Assembly (NCBI GenBank): GCA_016873655.1
Contig: VGWI01000003.1
Span: 1,737 to 65,736 of the forward strand
Direction: 5' to 3'
Source of the DNA: Lentisphaerota bacterium
GTDB lineage: Bacteria > Verrucomicrobiota > Kiritimatiellia > UBA8416 > VGWI01
DNA length: 64,000 nt
Shown here: positions 1 to 8,955 of the stretch, in pieces
Position numbering within the stretch: the first letter of the stretch is position 1
How the letters are laid out: the number at the start of each line of letters is the position of its first letter
The notes under the pieces: model-generated
The model's input: the letters and a program-made list of their open reading frames with translations, nothing else
Told to the model about the DNA's origin: nothing
Databases searched by the model: none
Position numbers and translations under genes: made by a program

Positions 1-165
1 CTGCACCACCAGCTCGGCGATCTGGCGGTGCTTCTCAATATCAAGGATAACGTGCGCGTGCTCCGCCTTGGGAAACTCGGCCAGCATCGCCTCCGCCTTG
101 GCCCGGGCGTAGTCCTGAACTTCCTGGGATGCGTTCATATGCCTGACGGTGACTTCAACTGGCAT
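1..165 (-). CDS. hpf: Ribosome hibernation promoting factor HPF/RaiA family (N-terminal part; 3' end outside window)
   Basis: Revcomp of 1-165 translates MPVEVTVRHMNASQEVQDYARAKAEAMLAEFPKAEHAHVILDIEKHRQIAELVVQ, which follows the HPF/sigma-54 modulation protein pattern. SD AGAGGAGG lies 6 nt upstream of the ATG at 165. Sits downstream of lptB as in the rpoN-hpf region of other bacteria. Confidence 0.7.
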   Translation of the reverse strand, partial: MPVEVTVRHMNASQEVQDYARAKAEAMLAEFPKAEHAHVILDIEKHRQIAELVVQ

Positions 166-184
166 GCTCAGTCCTCCTCTGTAA

Positions 185-931
185 TCACATCCTGAAACTC
201 TTCCCGAGATAAAGCTCCCTGCTGGTGGGGTCGTCCACCAGGAACGAGCTCGACCCTTCACGCAACACGCGTCCTTCATACAACAGGTACGCCCTGTCCA
301 CAACAGTGAGTGTCTCCCTCACGTTGTGATCCGTAATGAGAACACCCAGCCCACTGTCCTTCAGCCGCCTCACGATCCCCTGTATCTCGCTGACGGCCAA
401 CGGGTCAACGCCGCTGAACGGCTCGTCGAGCATCATGATGGAGGGACTCGTCACAAGCGCGCGCGTAATCTCCAGCTTGCGCCGTTCGCCGCCGCTGAGC
501 GTGAAGGCCTTCTGCTCGGCCAGATGCGAAAGACCGAGCTGTGAAAGAAGCGACTCCAGCCTCCTGCGCCGCTCTGACTTCGATATGTTCAGCGTCTCAA
601 GGATGGCCATTACGTTCTCTTCGACGGTGAGCTTGCGGAACACGGACGGCTCCTGCGCGAGGTACCCCAGGCCCATCCTGGCCCGTCTGTACATGGGGAG
701 CCGCGTCACGTCCCTGCCGTCAAAAAGAACCCGGCCGGAATCGGCCCTTATCAGGCCGGCAATGATGTAGAATGTCGTGGTCTTCCCAGCCCCGTTCGGA
801 CCGAGCAGACCGACTATCTCTCCGCGTTGCACGTGCAGCCGCACGTTGTTCACAACGCGCCGCTTGCGATAGGTCTTCACCAGGTCGTGCACCTCGACCA
901 GGACGTCTTTGCCGTTCCCCGCCTGCTTCAA
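185..931 (-). CDS. lptB: LPS export ABC transporter ATP-binding protein LptB
   Basis: 248 aa with Walker A GPNGAGKTT, ABC signature LSGGERRKLEI and Walker B IMMLDEP. Sits in an LptC-LptA-LptB context. Confidence 0.9.
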   Translation of the reverse strand: MKQAGNGKDVLVEVHDLVKTYRKRRVVNNVRLHVQRGEIVGLLGPNGAGKTTTFYIIAGLIRADSGRVLFDGRDVTRLPMYRRARMGLGYLAQEPSVFRKLTVEENVMAILETLNISKSERRRRLESLLSQLGLSHLAEQKAFTLSGGERRKLEITRALVTSPSIMMLDEPFSGVDPLAVSEIQGIVRRLKDSGLGVLITDHNVRETLTVVDRAYLLYEGRVLREGSSSFLVDDPTSRELYLGKSFRM

Positions 932-1437
932 GGCTTTCCCCCCGTTCCGCGCGGCAGGCCCAGCAACGCCTCGCCTCCGCCATGCGCGCCTTCCTGCTGG
1001 AAAACAACCATCCTGCCCGGCTCACACACCATGCGGTCGTCGGCAAGCCAGTAGCGGATCACATCCGCGTTCACCGTGTCCTGCCCGCGCCGCAGCTCAA
1101 CCCTGCCTATCAGAAGCAGTTCCCCCTTGCCCGAGAGGTAAATCGCCTTGTCGCAGCGGGCGTTCTTGTCGCCGTAGTTCATCACGACGTTGCCGACCGC
1201 CGTCACGGATTCCAGCGTGTTCGTGCGGGAGAAGAGGACGTTCAGCTTGTCGGACTCGATCCGCACGGCCGGATCAGTGACAACGACATTGCCCTCGAAT
1301 ATGGCAGCCGACCGCGCGTAATCGAACTCGAGCCTGTCGGACGTTATGACGGTCCGGTTCGTCGCGGTGACGTCTGCCGCGCCCGCGGCGCCGGCACAGA
1401 CGGCCAGCACCGCACACAGAAGAACAGATGCCCTCAT
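928..1437 (-). CDS. lptA: LPS transport periplasmic protein LptA (OstA-like)
   Basis: Internal ATG at 1437 gives a signal peptide MRASVLLCAVLAVCAGAAGAA followed by an OstA-like beta-jellyroll sequence. Stop overlaps the lptB start (ATGA). The upstream part of the 216-aa ORF is GC-rich read-through. Confidence 0.75.
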   Translation of the reverse strand: MRASVLLCAVLAVCAGAAGAADVTATNRTVITSDRLEFDYARSAAIFEGNVVVTDPAVRIESDKLNVLFSRTNTLESVTAVGNVVMNYGDKNARCDKAIYLSGKGELLLIGRVELRRGQDTVNADVIRYWLADDRMVCEPGRMVVFQQEGAHGGGEALLGLPRGTGGKP

Positions 1438-1925
1438 CTCGACCCGGCCTCCCCGCCCGGTCCACCCGACACAGTCCGCTTCTTTCCGAGCGGCCCCAGC
1501 ATGCTGCCGCCTTCGCCGCGCGGCAGCACTACACGCGCCCCCGACCTGATCACCACAACCTTGTTGCTCACCTGCCACTCGTATCCCGTCCCGGAAATCT
1601 CCAGCCCGTTCTTCTCGAACTGCACCGGCCCGTCCGACCGCGCCGAGCTGAACCCCTTGTTGTACCAGCAGTCGCGCGCGCGCATCAGGCCCTCAACGGC
1701 CCCGTCCTGCCTGAAGAAGACCACCGTGATCCCCTTCGCGACAGCGTCGCCGTCCTCGTCCATCCGCGCGGTTTCAGCGAGCAGTTCGGTCTTCACCGCG
1801 CCGTTCGGGTAGAACTCGAACGGCACACGAAGCCCCTTCACCGGCATGACTTCGGTCTGGGCCGCCGCCACAAGGCCGAGAGAAACCCCGAACACGAACA
1901 CCGCTGATCTCAATCCTTTTACCAT
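1434..1925 (-). CDS. lptC: LptC-like LPS export protein (signal/anchor plus OstA-like fold)
   Basis: 163 aa with an N-terminal hydrophobic segment and a beta-rich LptC-like body (FEFYPNG...FFRQDGAV...). Position kdsA-X-lptA-lptB matches lptC. Overlaps the lptA start. Confidence 0.5.
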   Translation of the reverse strand: MVKGLRSAVFVFGVSLGLVAAAQTEVMPVKGLRVPFEFYPNGAVKTELLAETARMDEDGDAVAKGITVVFFRQDGAVEGLMRARDCWYNKGFSSARSDGPVQFEKNGLEISGTGYEWQVSNKVVVIRSGARVVLPRGEGGSMLGPLGKKRTVSGGPGGEAGSR

Positions 1926-1971
1926 TACTCAATCACAGACGCCGGGATATGACCCCGCCGGCCGGGGCATC

Positions 1972-2787
1972 CTACAATGCATCGCTGATGCGGCGCAACA
2001 CCCGCCACAGCCGCCCAAGCGCCGCCACGGGCATCGCATTGTCGCCGTCGGAGAGCGCTGTCTCCGGCCTGACATAGGTCTCGATGAAAACCGCGTCGCA
2101 GCCGGCGGCCACCGCCGCGCGCGCAAGGCCGGGAGCCATCCTGGATTCGCCGCCCGATCTGTCGCCGCGCCCTCCGGGTTTCTGCACGCTGTGTGTCGCG
2201 TCGAAAACGACCGGCACCCCGGATTCCCTCATCAGCAGGAGCCCGCGCATGTCAACCACAAGGTCGTTGTACCCGTGCGTCGTGCCGCGCTCGGTGAGCA
2301 GCACGTTCCTGTTTCCGGTGCTTTCAACCTTGGCCACCGCGTTCTTCATGTCCCACGGAGCCATGAACTGGCCCTTCTTGATGTTCACGCAGCGGCCGGT
2401 ACGGCCGGCGGCAAGAAGCAGATCCGTCTGCCTGCACAGGAAAGCCGGTATCTGGAGCACGTCCACCGCCACCCCGGCGGCCTCGGCCTCCGGCACGGAG
2501 TGCACGTCGGTAAGAACAGGCATGCCGAACCGGTCCTTGACCTCGCGCAGGATCTCCAGCCCCTTTTCGAGCCCCGGCCCGCGGAATGAGCCCGACGACG
2601 ACCTGTTGGCCTTGTCGTAGGACGCCTTGAATATCAGCGGTATGCCTTCCCTCGCCGCGAGTGTCGCAAGACGGCGCGCGAGCCCGACGCATTTCTTCCT
2701 GTCTTCGATCACGCACGGACCCGCTATCATGGCCAGCGGCGCGCCGCCGCCGATCGAGACAGGCCCTATCTTCACTCTCCTGGTCAT
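1972..2787 (-). CDS. kdsA: 2-dehydro-3-deoxyphosphooctonate aldolase (KDO-8-phosphate synthase)
   Basis: 271 aa; MTRRVKIGPVSIGGGAPLAMIAGPCVIED...KASYDKANRSS...HSVQKPGG match KdsA/DAHP-synthase family motifs. Confidence 0.9.
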   Translation of the reverse strand: MTRRVKIGPVSIGGGAPLAMIAGPCVIEDRKKCVGLARRLATLAAREGIPLIFKASYDKANRSSSGSFRGPGLEKGLEILREVKDRFGMPVLTDVHSVPEAEAAGVAVDVLQIPAFLCRQTDLLLAAGRTGRCVNIKKGQFMAPWDMKNAVAKVESTGNRNVLLTERGTTHGYNDLVVDMRGLLLMRESGVPVVFDATHSVQKPGGRGDRSGGESRMAPGLARAAVAAGCDAVFIETYVRPETALSDGDNAMPVAALGRLWRVLRRISDAL

Positions 2788-3596
2788 GGCTTCTCCTCCC
2801 CGCCGCGTTCCGCGGCGAGTTCAGGCCACCGCCTGCGCAGCGCCTCTTCCGCCCGCGCTACATCGGCGGGCGTGTCCACACCGACCCCGCCCTTCCGCCA
2901 CGGAAGCACCTTCATCCTGGCGCCAAGGTGCAGGGCCCGCAACTGCTCGAGCTTCTCCGCCCGCTCAAGGAGACACGGCGGCTCGGCAACGAGCCTTTCC
3001 AGGAACGCGCGCCTGTAGGCGTAGATCCCGATGTGCCGCCAGTGCAGCGCGTCCAGGCCGGCCTCTGGATCGCGCACGTACGGGATCGAATGCCGCGAGA
3101 AGTACATCGCCAGCCCGTTCGCCGCGCATACCACCTTCACCACGGCAGGACTCTTCATGTCCTCGTCGTTCTCGATCCGCGACGCCGCCGTCGCCATGTC
3201 CAGCGAGGGATCGGCCAGCATCGCGCGCGCAAGCTCGTCCACGAGCGCCGGGTCCACAAGCGGTTCGTCGCCCTGGATGTTGATCACAACCGCGGCACCG
3301 CACCCGGCAACCGCCTCGGCGGCCCTGTCGGTGCCGGACGGATGCGACGGGCTGGTCATCACGGCAATCCCGCCGGCGCGCTCGACCGCCTCGACAATCC
3401 GCCCGTCGTCGGTTGCGACAACCACGGCGTCGAGCAGCCTCGCCTCGCCGACGCTCCGGAGAACCCATTCGATCATCGGGCGGCCGCAGAGCCGCACCAG
3501 CATCTTGCCGGGCAGACGGGTGGAGCCCCACCGGGCGGGAATAACGCCGACCACCTTCGCGCCGGCCGGCATGCGTGCGGAGGCGTCAGGAAACAT
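2784..3596 (-). CDS. kdsB: 3-deoxy-manno-octulosonate cytidylyltransferase (CMP-KDO synthetase)
   Basis: VIPARWGSTRLPGKML...GTDR...IQGDEPL motifs. Internal ATG at 3596 has a GAGGAG SD. The annotated ORF start at 3728 is an upstream GC-rich extension. Confidence 0.85.
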   Translation of the reverse strand: MFPDASARMPAGAKVVGVIPARWGSTRLPGKMLVRLCGRPMIEWVLRSVGEARLLDAVVVATDDGRIVEAVERAGGIAVMTSPSHPSGTDRAAEAVAGCGAAVVINIQGDEPLVDPALVDELARAMLADPSLDMATAASRIENDEDMKSPAVVKVVCAANGLAMYFSRHSIPYVRDPEAGLDALHWRHIGIYAYRRAFLERLVAEPPCLLERAEKLEQLRALHLGARMKVLPWRKGGVGVDTPADVARAEEALRRRWPELAAERGGEEKP

Positions 3597-4584
3597 GGCC
3601 GAGCAGCTCCTCAGACGTACACGTGGCGGTGCCGAGCTTGCCGACAACAACGCCCGCGGCGGCGTTCGCGAGCGATGCGGCCTCCCGGTGGGAAGCGCCG
3701 GCCACGACAGCCAGCGTGCACGTCGCAATAACCGTGTCGCCGGCGCCGGATACGTCGAAGACCTCGCGCGCTCTTGTCGGGATCACCGCCACCTCGCCGT
3801 CGTTCTCCAGCAGGTACATCCCGTGCGGCCCGAGCGTGACTATCAGGAAGCGTGTCCGCCACTTCGCAAGAAGACGGCGGGCAACGTCTGCAAGCCTGGC
3901 GTTCGCGGCCGGATCGCCGCGCAGCGGCGCGTGCGGCACACCGAGGCACACGCACGCCTCCATCCAGTTGGGAGTGGCAAAGGTTATCCCCGAGACATCA
4001 AGTTCGTGGTTGTCCTTCGGATCGTAACCGACGCACAGGCCGTGCTTCTCCGCCATGCGCCGCACCGCGTCGACCACCGGCTGGCACAGAGCGCCCTTGC
4101 CGTAGTCCTCAAGCACGACCCCGGACACTTCCGGGGCCAACGCCTCTATCCGCGCACACATCTCCGAAACCGTGCCTTCATCGAGCGGATCGCCGTCTTC
4201 CCTGTCCACCCGCACCACCTGCTGCCGTTCAGCCAGAACGCGGGTTTTGCACGTCGTCCGGCCCCTCGCGCGGACCACCACGCCGTCGGTGTTGACCCCG
4301 CGCTCCCGCAGCGCGGCAAGCAGTTCGCGCCCGTCGGCATCGTCAGAGACTACTCCGACAACAACCGCCTGCCCGCCAAGCGACTGCACGTTGAGCGCCA
4401 CATTCGCCGTGCCGCCCGGCCTGGTGTACTCGCCGCTGACCAGCACAACCGGAACCGGCGCCTCCGGCGATATCCGGCTCACCGATCCCGCCACGTACCG
4501 GTCCAGCATCAGGTCGCCGACCACAAGCACGCGGCGCCCCCTGAACCGACCGGCTACCTCGCGCGCTTTTTCAATGCCAATCAT
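3586..4584 (-). CDS. hldA: D-glycero-beta-D-manno-heptose-7-phosphate kinase (HldE domain-I type, PfkB family), stand-alone
   Basis: 332 aa with RVLVVGDLMLDRY...GGTANVA...DVSGAGDTV ribokinase/PfkB motifs, typical of the RfaE/HldE kinase domain. No adenylyltransferase domain is fused. Confidence 0.8.
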   Translation of the reverse strand: MIGIEKAREVAGRFRGRRVLVVGDLMLDRYVAGSVSRISPEAPVPVVLVSGEYTRPGGTANVALNVQSLGGQAVVVGVVSDDADGRELLAALRERGVNTDGVVVRARGRTTCKTRVLAERQQVVRVDREDGDPLDEGTVSEMCARIEALAPEVSGVVLEDYGKGALCQPVVDAVRRMAEKHGLCVGYDPKDNHELDVSGITFATPNWMEACVCLGVPHAPLRGDPAANARLADVARRLLAKWRTRFLIVTLGPHGMYLLENDGEVAVIPTRAREVFDVSGAGDTVIATCTLAVVAGASHREAASLANAAAGVVVGKLGTATCTSEELLGHVS

Positions 4585-5339
4585 CTGTCTTGCGCCTCCC
4601 AGAACCCGTACACTTGAGGCGGCTCATGCCGCCCGCTCCTGGAAACCTCAACATAGTCGCGACCGCCTGTCGCGATCCATTCCCTTTCGATCCTGCCCGT
4701 CTCAAGCCCGCCCGGCGCTATCGTCCGGCGCGCGCCAAGCTTGTAGAGAGTGCCGGGCTCATCAGTCAACTGAACGGGCGCCATGTGAAACCGCACGCCC
4801 TCCGCAAAAGCGAGAGGAAAATGACGGCTGTCGAGCCAGCGGATCGTCATGTCCTCGACATGAACAACCAGCTCGCCGCGGAAGTCGCGCGTGGCCATGG
4901 AAAGCTGGACGACGCTGCGCAGGGGCATGTCGCCTAGAACGGCCAACCCGCCGCCGCTCCACTGGCCGGTCTCGCTGCGCACGAGATTCAGCTTCACACG
5001 GCCGGTGGACACGCTCCACACCGGCGGCCATTGCGCCATCCAGACCGGTCCGCAGGCCAGTTCGCCGGCGGAGAGCTCCGGTTCACCCCCGGGCAGCTTC
5101 GCCTTCGACCGGACATCAGAGAGCACCACGTCGCACGGCCAGGCCAGGCTCATTGCCCCGATCTCCAGCTCGATCCCGGCAATCGCGGAAATGCGCCGCG
5201 CCGCCCAGCCCTTTGCCCAGCCGGTCCGCGCAACATAAAACGCGCCGGCCGCGGCAAGCAGCAACATCAGCACCAGCATCAGAAGGCAGCCCCTCGCTCC
5301 GCTCCGCCGCTTCGCCCCGTCTTCCTTGCCGGCTCCCAT
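4581..5339 (-). CDS. Hypothetical membrane-anchored protein (single N-terminal TM, about 200-aa periplasmic domain)
   Basis: 252-aa ORF with TM LLMLVLMLLLAAAGAFYV. Translationally coupled on both sides (TGATG / ATGA overlaps) inside the LPS operon. No recognizable family. Confidence 0.5.
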   Translation of the reverse strand: MGAGKEDGAKRRSGARGCLLMLVLMLLLAAAGAFYVARTGWAKGWAARRISAIAGIELEIGAMSLAWPCDVVLSDVRSKAKLPGGEPELSAGELACGPVWMAQWPPVWSVSTGRVKLNLVRSETGQWSGGGLAVLGDMPLRSVVQLSMATRDFRGELVVHVEDMTIRWLDSRHFPLAFAEGVRFHMAPVQLTDEPGTLYKLGARRTIAPGGLETGRIEREWIATGGRDYVEVSRSGRHEPPQVYGFWEAQDR

Positions 5340-6031
5340 CAGGCGCCTCCCCGGCGTCCGAACAGCGCCGTTCCCACCCTCACCATCGTGGCGCCTTCCT
5401 CGATCGCGACACCGTAGTCATGCGACATACCCATGGAAATATCCGGGAACAGGCACCCCGACTCTCCGGACCACCTGTCGCGCAACTCGCGCAGGGCGCG
5501 GAAGTGCGGGCGGACATCGGCCGGATCGGGCGTGAACGGCGGAATCGTCATGAACCCGGCAAGATTCACGTTCATCAACCCGTTCGCCGCCTCGATCACG
5601 CCCGGCACATCCGATGGCGCAAGCCCGAACTTCGCCGACTCGCCGGAAACGTTAACCTCCAGAAGTATCTTCTTCACTTCCCCGGCGGCTTCGGCCGCGG
5701 CGTTTACCGCCTGGAGAACACGGACCGAGTCTATGCTGTGGATGACGTCAAAAAGCATGACCGCCTCGCGGGCCTTGTTGGTCTGGAGATGGCCGATCAT
5801 GTGCCAGCGTAGACCGGACGGTGAAAGCGGTATCTTCTGCCTCGCCTCCTGAACGCGGCTCTCGCCGAAGACGGTGAGGCCGGCGCCGGCCGCCTCACGG
5901 ATGGATTCCGGCCCGAACCCCTTGGCAACGGCTATGAGCTGGACCTCGCCCGGATCACGCCCGGCCCGCGCGCACGCGGCGCCGATGCCGGAACGCACCT
6001 CCTCGAGCCTGCTTTCAAACGTGTCGTTCAT
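5339..6031 (-). CDS. yggS: YggS-family pyridoxal-phosphate homeostasis protein
   Basis: Alanine-racemase N-domain-like sequence (LIAVAKGF...HMIGHLQTNK...FDVIHSID...LSMGMSHDY). Start at the internal ATG 6031. Confidence 0.8.
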   Translation of the reverse strand: MNDTFESRLEEVRSGIGAACARAGRDPGEVQLIAVAKGFGPESIREAAGAGLTVFGESRVQEARQKIPLSPSGLRWHMIGHLQTNKAREAVMLFDVIHSIDSVRVLQAVNAAAEAAGEVKKILLEVNVSGESAKFGLAPSDVPGVIEAANGLMNVNLAGFMTIPPFTPDPADVRPHFRALRELRDRWSGESGCLFPDISMGMSHDYGVAIEEGATMVRVGTALFGRRGGA

Positions 6032-6047
6032 GCGATCACCGCAACAA

Positions 6048-6650
6048 TCATGCTTCCTGCCTGCCCCGGATCGCGCGCGCAAGCGTAACCGGGTCCGAAT
6101 AACCTATCCCGCTCCCGGCCGGCAGCCCGTAGGCAAGCCGGGTCACCTTCACCGGCTTGGCACGGAGAAACTCGGTCACGAAACTGGCTGTCGCGTCGCC
6201 TTCGACGTCGGTGTCCAGCGCCAGCAGCACCTCGCGCACCCCGCCGGCGTCAACCCTGTCCACCAGCGCGCGCATCCGCAGGTCCCGCGGCCCCACCCCG
6301 CGCATCGGCGAGATCGTGCCCATCAGCGCATGGTAACGCCCGCGGAACACTCCGGCCTCCTCCATCTTCATTATGTCGCCGGGTTCCTCGACAACGCACA
6401 GGATGGTGTCGTCGCGCGCGGGGTCGGTGCAGAGACGGCACGGGTCGCGGTCGCGCGAAGTCACGTTGCCGCAGCGGCCGCACTGAATCAGGCAGGCGGC
6501 GGCGTCCTGCATCGCGGAAACGAGATCTTTCAGGAGCCCGCCCGGGTCGCGGACAAGGCTCAAGGCCATCCGCTCCGCCGTTCGCCGCCCCACGCCGGGC
6601 AGGCGCGAAAGGCACGCGGTAAGACTGTCAAGTTGGGCCAAGGCGCTCAT
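6048..6650 (-). CDS. recR: Recombination protein RecR
   Basis: 200 aa with the C4 zinc finger CxxC...CxxC (CGRCGNVTSRDRDPCRLC) and a Toprim region. Follows ybaB as in the dnaX-ybaB-recR operon. Confidence 0.9.
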   Translation of the reverse strand: MSALAQLDSLTACLSRLPGVGRRTAERMALSLVRDPGGLLKDLVSAMQDAAACLIQCGRCGNVTSRDRDPCRLCTDPARDDTILCVVEEPGDIMKMEEAGVFRGRYHALMGTISPMRGVGPRDLRMRALVDRVDAGGVREVLLALDTDVEGDATASFVTEFLRAKPVKVTRLAYGLPAGSGIGYSDPVTLARAIRGRQEA

Positions 6651-6679
6651 TCACGGCTCCCGCCGGCGCGGCCGCGGCA

Positions 6680-6997
6680 TCAGCCGCCGCCAAGAAGATC
6701 GGACAGCCCACCCATGCCGCCGGTCATCTTGCCCATCTCGGTGCCGGCCTGCTTCTTTGCGTTGCGCAGCGCGTTGTTCACGGCCGTCACTATCTGCGAT
6801 TCGAGCCGCTCCTTGCGCGCCTGGTCCAGGCCCTGCGGGTCGATGTTCACGCTCTTCATGGTCATGTCGCCCAGCATCGTCACCCGGACAAAGCCGCTCG
6901 CCCCTTCGACGCTTACCTTCTGAAGTTCCTTCTGTATCCTCTTCACCTGCTGCCGCATCGCGGCGGCCTGCTTCAGCATCTTGAACATGTCAGCCAT
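6680..6997 (-). CDS. ybaB: Nucleoid-associated protein YbaB/EbfC
   Basis: 105 aa, MADMFKMLKQAAAMRQQVKRIQKEL...TMLGDMT... typical of the YbaB family. Confidence 0.9.
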   Translation of the reverse strand: MADMFKMLKQAAAMRQQVKRIQKELQKVSVEGASGFVRVTMLGDMTMKSVNIDPQGLDQARKERLESQIVTAVNNALRNAKKQAGTEMGKMTGGMGGLSDLLGGG

Positions 6998-7045
6998 GGC
7001 TCTGTCACTCCGTTCTGAACCGTCCCGTCATCTTCAGCGATGACA

Positions 7046-8788
7046 CTATATCCCGCGCACTTCCGACACCGTTCCATCAAACATCTCGGCCACACGCTTC
7101 ACGGCCGGATCGCGCGCCCATTCCTGGGGGGTCTTCTTCGATTCCCGCGCGCCTTCCGACGGTCGCTTCCCATCATCCGCCCGGGCGCCGCCGGCTTCAC
7201 CGCACGCTGCCTCGATCTCGGCCTCGTCCTTGAGCACGAAAGAAAGCTTCACGCACCGGCCCAGGACATCAGAAATCGCCTTCTCGAGAGCAAGACGGTT
7301 GCGGGGCACATCAAACCGCGCCGGTTCCTCGGCGAACTCGCGGTCGAAACCTATCGTCACCGTGTCGCCGGAGACGGAAATCGGGGCGGCATCCGCGAGA
7401 GCGTTCCGCAAGGATACCGCACACATCGCCGCCGCCGCGGCGACATCGCCCCACCGCTGCCGCAGAAGACGGCATTCCCGTTCACCAGTCCCGGCCGCCG
7501 CCGCCTCGGCGCTCGGCTCCAGCCCGGTCGGCGCGGCGCCGGCCATCGGCAGTTCGGGCTCGCGCACCGCCTGCGGGCGGGACGGAGAAGACGCGAACCG
7601 GACCGGCGCAGCCGACTGCGGCGCGGTTCCTTCACCAGCCCCGCCGAGTTCCTCGCGCAACGCCTGGACCTTCGCGAGCACTTCATCGAGCGAAACCGAT
7701 CTCGCCGCCCGCGCTGAGCGGATCAGCGCCATCTCGAGCATCGTGCGTCTGGACAGGGCCGTCCGCATGCCCTCCTCCGCCTCTGAAAGGATTTCGGCGA
7801 CACGCACTATGCGGGCGGGCGAAACTTCGCCCGATTGCTCCATCAGGGCTTCGCGGTCCTCGGCCATGATGCCCAGCTCCGCCGTGTCGCCCTCGATGTA
7901 ACGGCAAACAAGCAGGTCGCGGAAGCAGCCGAGCAGTTCGATCAGCAGCCGCTGCATGTCCTTGCCGGCCTCATCCATGTCCTTCACGGTCCGGATCAGG
8001 CCCGGTATGTCGCCGGAAAGCACCTGGCCGGCAAGGCCCGTCACCACGCGGCGGGAGACAAGCCCGAAAACCGAAAGAACGTCCTGCTCCTCTATCTTCC
8101 GGCCGCAGAACGAAACAAGCTGGTCAAGCGCCGATTCCGCGTCACGCAAACCGCCCTCGGCTCCACGCGCAACAGCCAGCAGGGCGTCAGACGTAACCTC
8201 AAAACCTTCCTTGTCCGCGATCAGCTTCAGTCGCTCCACGATCAGGGGCAGCGAAATGCGCCGAAGGTCAAACCTCTGGCACCGCGAGAGTATCGTCGCC
8301 GGCACCTTGTCCGCCTCGGTGGTCGCAAAGATGAACTTCACGTGCCTCGGAGGCTCTTCAATGGTCTTGAGCAGGGCGTTGAAGGCACCCATGCTGAGCA
8401 TGTGCACCTCGTCTATGACGTAGATCCGGTAAGGGCCGCGCGCAGGAGCGTACTTGACGGCGTCGCGAAGATCGCGCACCTGGTCCACGCCGTTGTTTGA
8501 GGCACCGTCTATCTCCTGCACGTCAAGACTCCTGCCTTCCATGATCTCGATGCAGGAGTCGCACTTGTCGCAGGGCTTGTGACCCTTCCTCTTGCCGCAA
8601 TTGAGCGTCTTGGCAAAGATGCGGGCGAGTGACGTCTTTCCCGTGCCGCGCGGGCCCACGAACAGGTATGCGTGGGCAAGCCGGTCCGCGTCGATGGCGT
8701 TGCGAAGCGTGCGGGTGACGTGCTCCTGCCCGACGACATCGTCGAACTGCTGCGGACGCCACTTCCGCGCTATCACTTCGTAGGCCAT
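7046..8788 (-). CDS. dnaX: DNA polymerase III subunit gamma/tau
   Basis: AAA+ motifs (GPRGTGKTS, DEVHML, SRC) and a Zn module CDKCDSC. True start is probably the ATG at 8788 (MAYEVIARKWRP), two codons inside the GTG of the listed ORF. Confidence 0.9.
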   Translation of the reverse strand: MAYEVIARKWRPQQFDDVVGQEHVTRTLRNAIDADRLAHAYLFVGPRGTGKTSLARIFAKTLNCGKRKGHKPCDKCDSCIEIMEGRSLDVQEIDGASNNGVDQVRDLRDAVKYAPARGPYRIYVIDEVHMLSMGAFNALLKTIEEPPRHVKFIFATTEADKVPATILSRCQRFDLRRISLPLIVERLKLIADKEGFEVTSDALLAVARGAEGGLRDAESALDQLVSFCGRKIEEQDVLSVFGLVSRRVVTGLAGQVLSGDIPGLIRTVKDMDEAGKDMQRLLIELLGCFRDLLVCRYIEGDTAELGIMAEDREALMEQSGEVSPARIVRVAEILSEAEEGMRTALSRRTMLEMALIRSARAARSVSLDEVLAKVQALREELGGAGEGTAPQSAAPVRFASSPSRPQAVREPELPMAGAAPTGLEPSAEAAAAGTGERECRLLRQRWGDVAAAAAMCAVSLRNALADAAPISVSGDTVTIGFDREFAEEPARFDVPRNRLALEKAISDVLGRCVKLSFVLKDEAEIEAACGEAGGARADDGKRPSEGARESKKTPQEWARDPAVKRVAEMFDGTVSEVRGI

Positions 8789-8955
8789 CGCCACTCACCC
8801 CCCCCCCAGGAAGAACGGCAGGCCCCGCACACGCGCGGCGCGCCGTAACGGCCGGTCAGAACCTTCGTTTAATAGCGGCTGGGCTATCAGGTTGACAAGG
8901 ATTTTGCTTTTGCCCATCCTGCGTCGGCCCAGGGAATTCTTGCCGGTTTTCGATA

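Noticed and set aside
2661-4617. Long plus-strand ORFs (356 and 528 aa) antisense to kdsB/hldA, and similar long antisense ORFs throughout (e.g. 772-1812, 20025-21971, 24547-25731, 31214-32818).
   Set aside because: No homology and low-complexity Arg/Pro/Ala-rich translations typical of the non-coding strand of high-GC genes. The opposite strands carry well-supported genes.
8795-8955. SRP (4.5S/ffs) RNA upstream of dnaX, as in the scr-dnaX-ybaB-recR arrangement of other bacteria. The minus strand contains GCGUGUGCGGGG, resembling part of E. coli 4.5S RNA.
   Set aside because: The conserved domain IV motif (GGUCCGGAAGGAAGCAGC with GNRA tetraloop) is not present in either orientation. The similarity is a short GC-rich coincidence. 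A covariance-model search would be needed to exclude a divergent SRP RNA.
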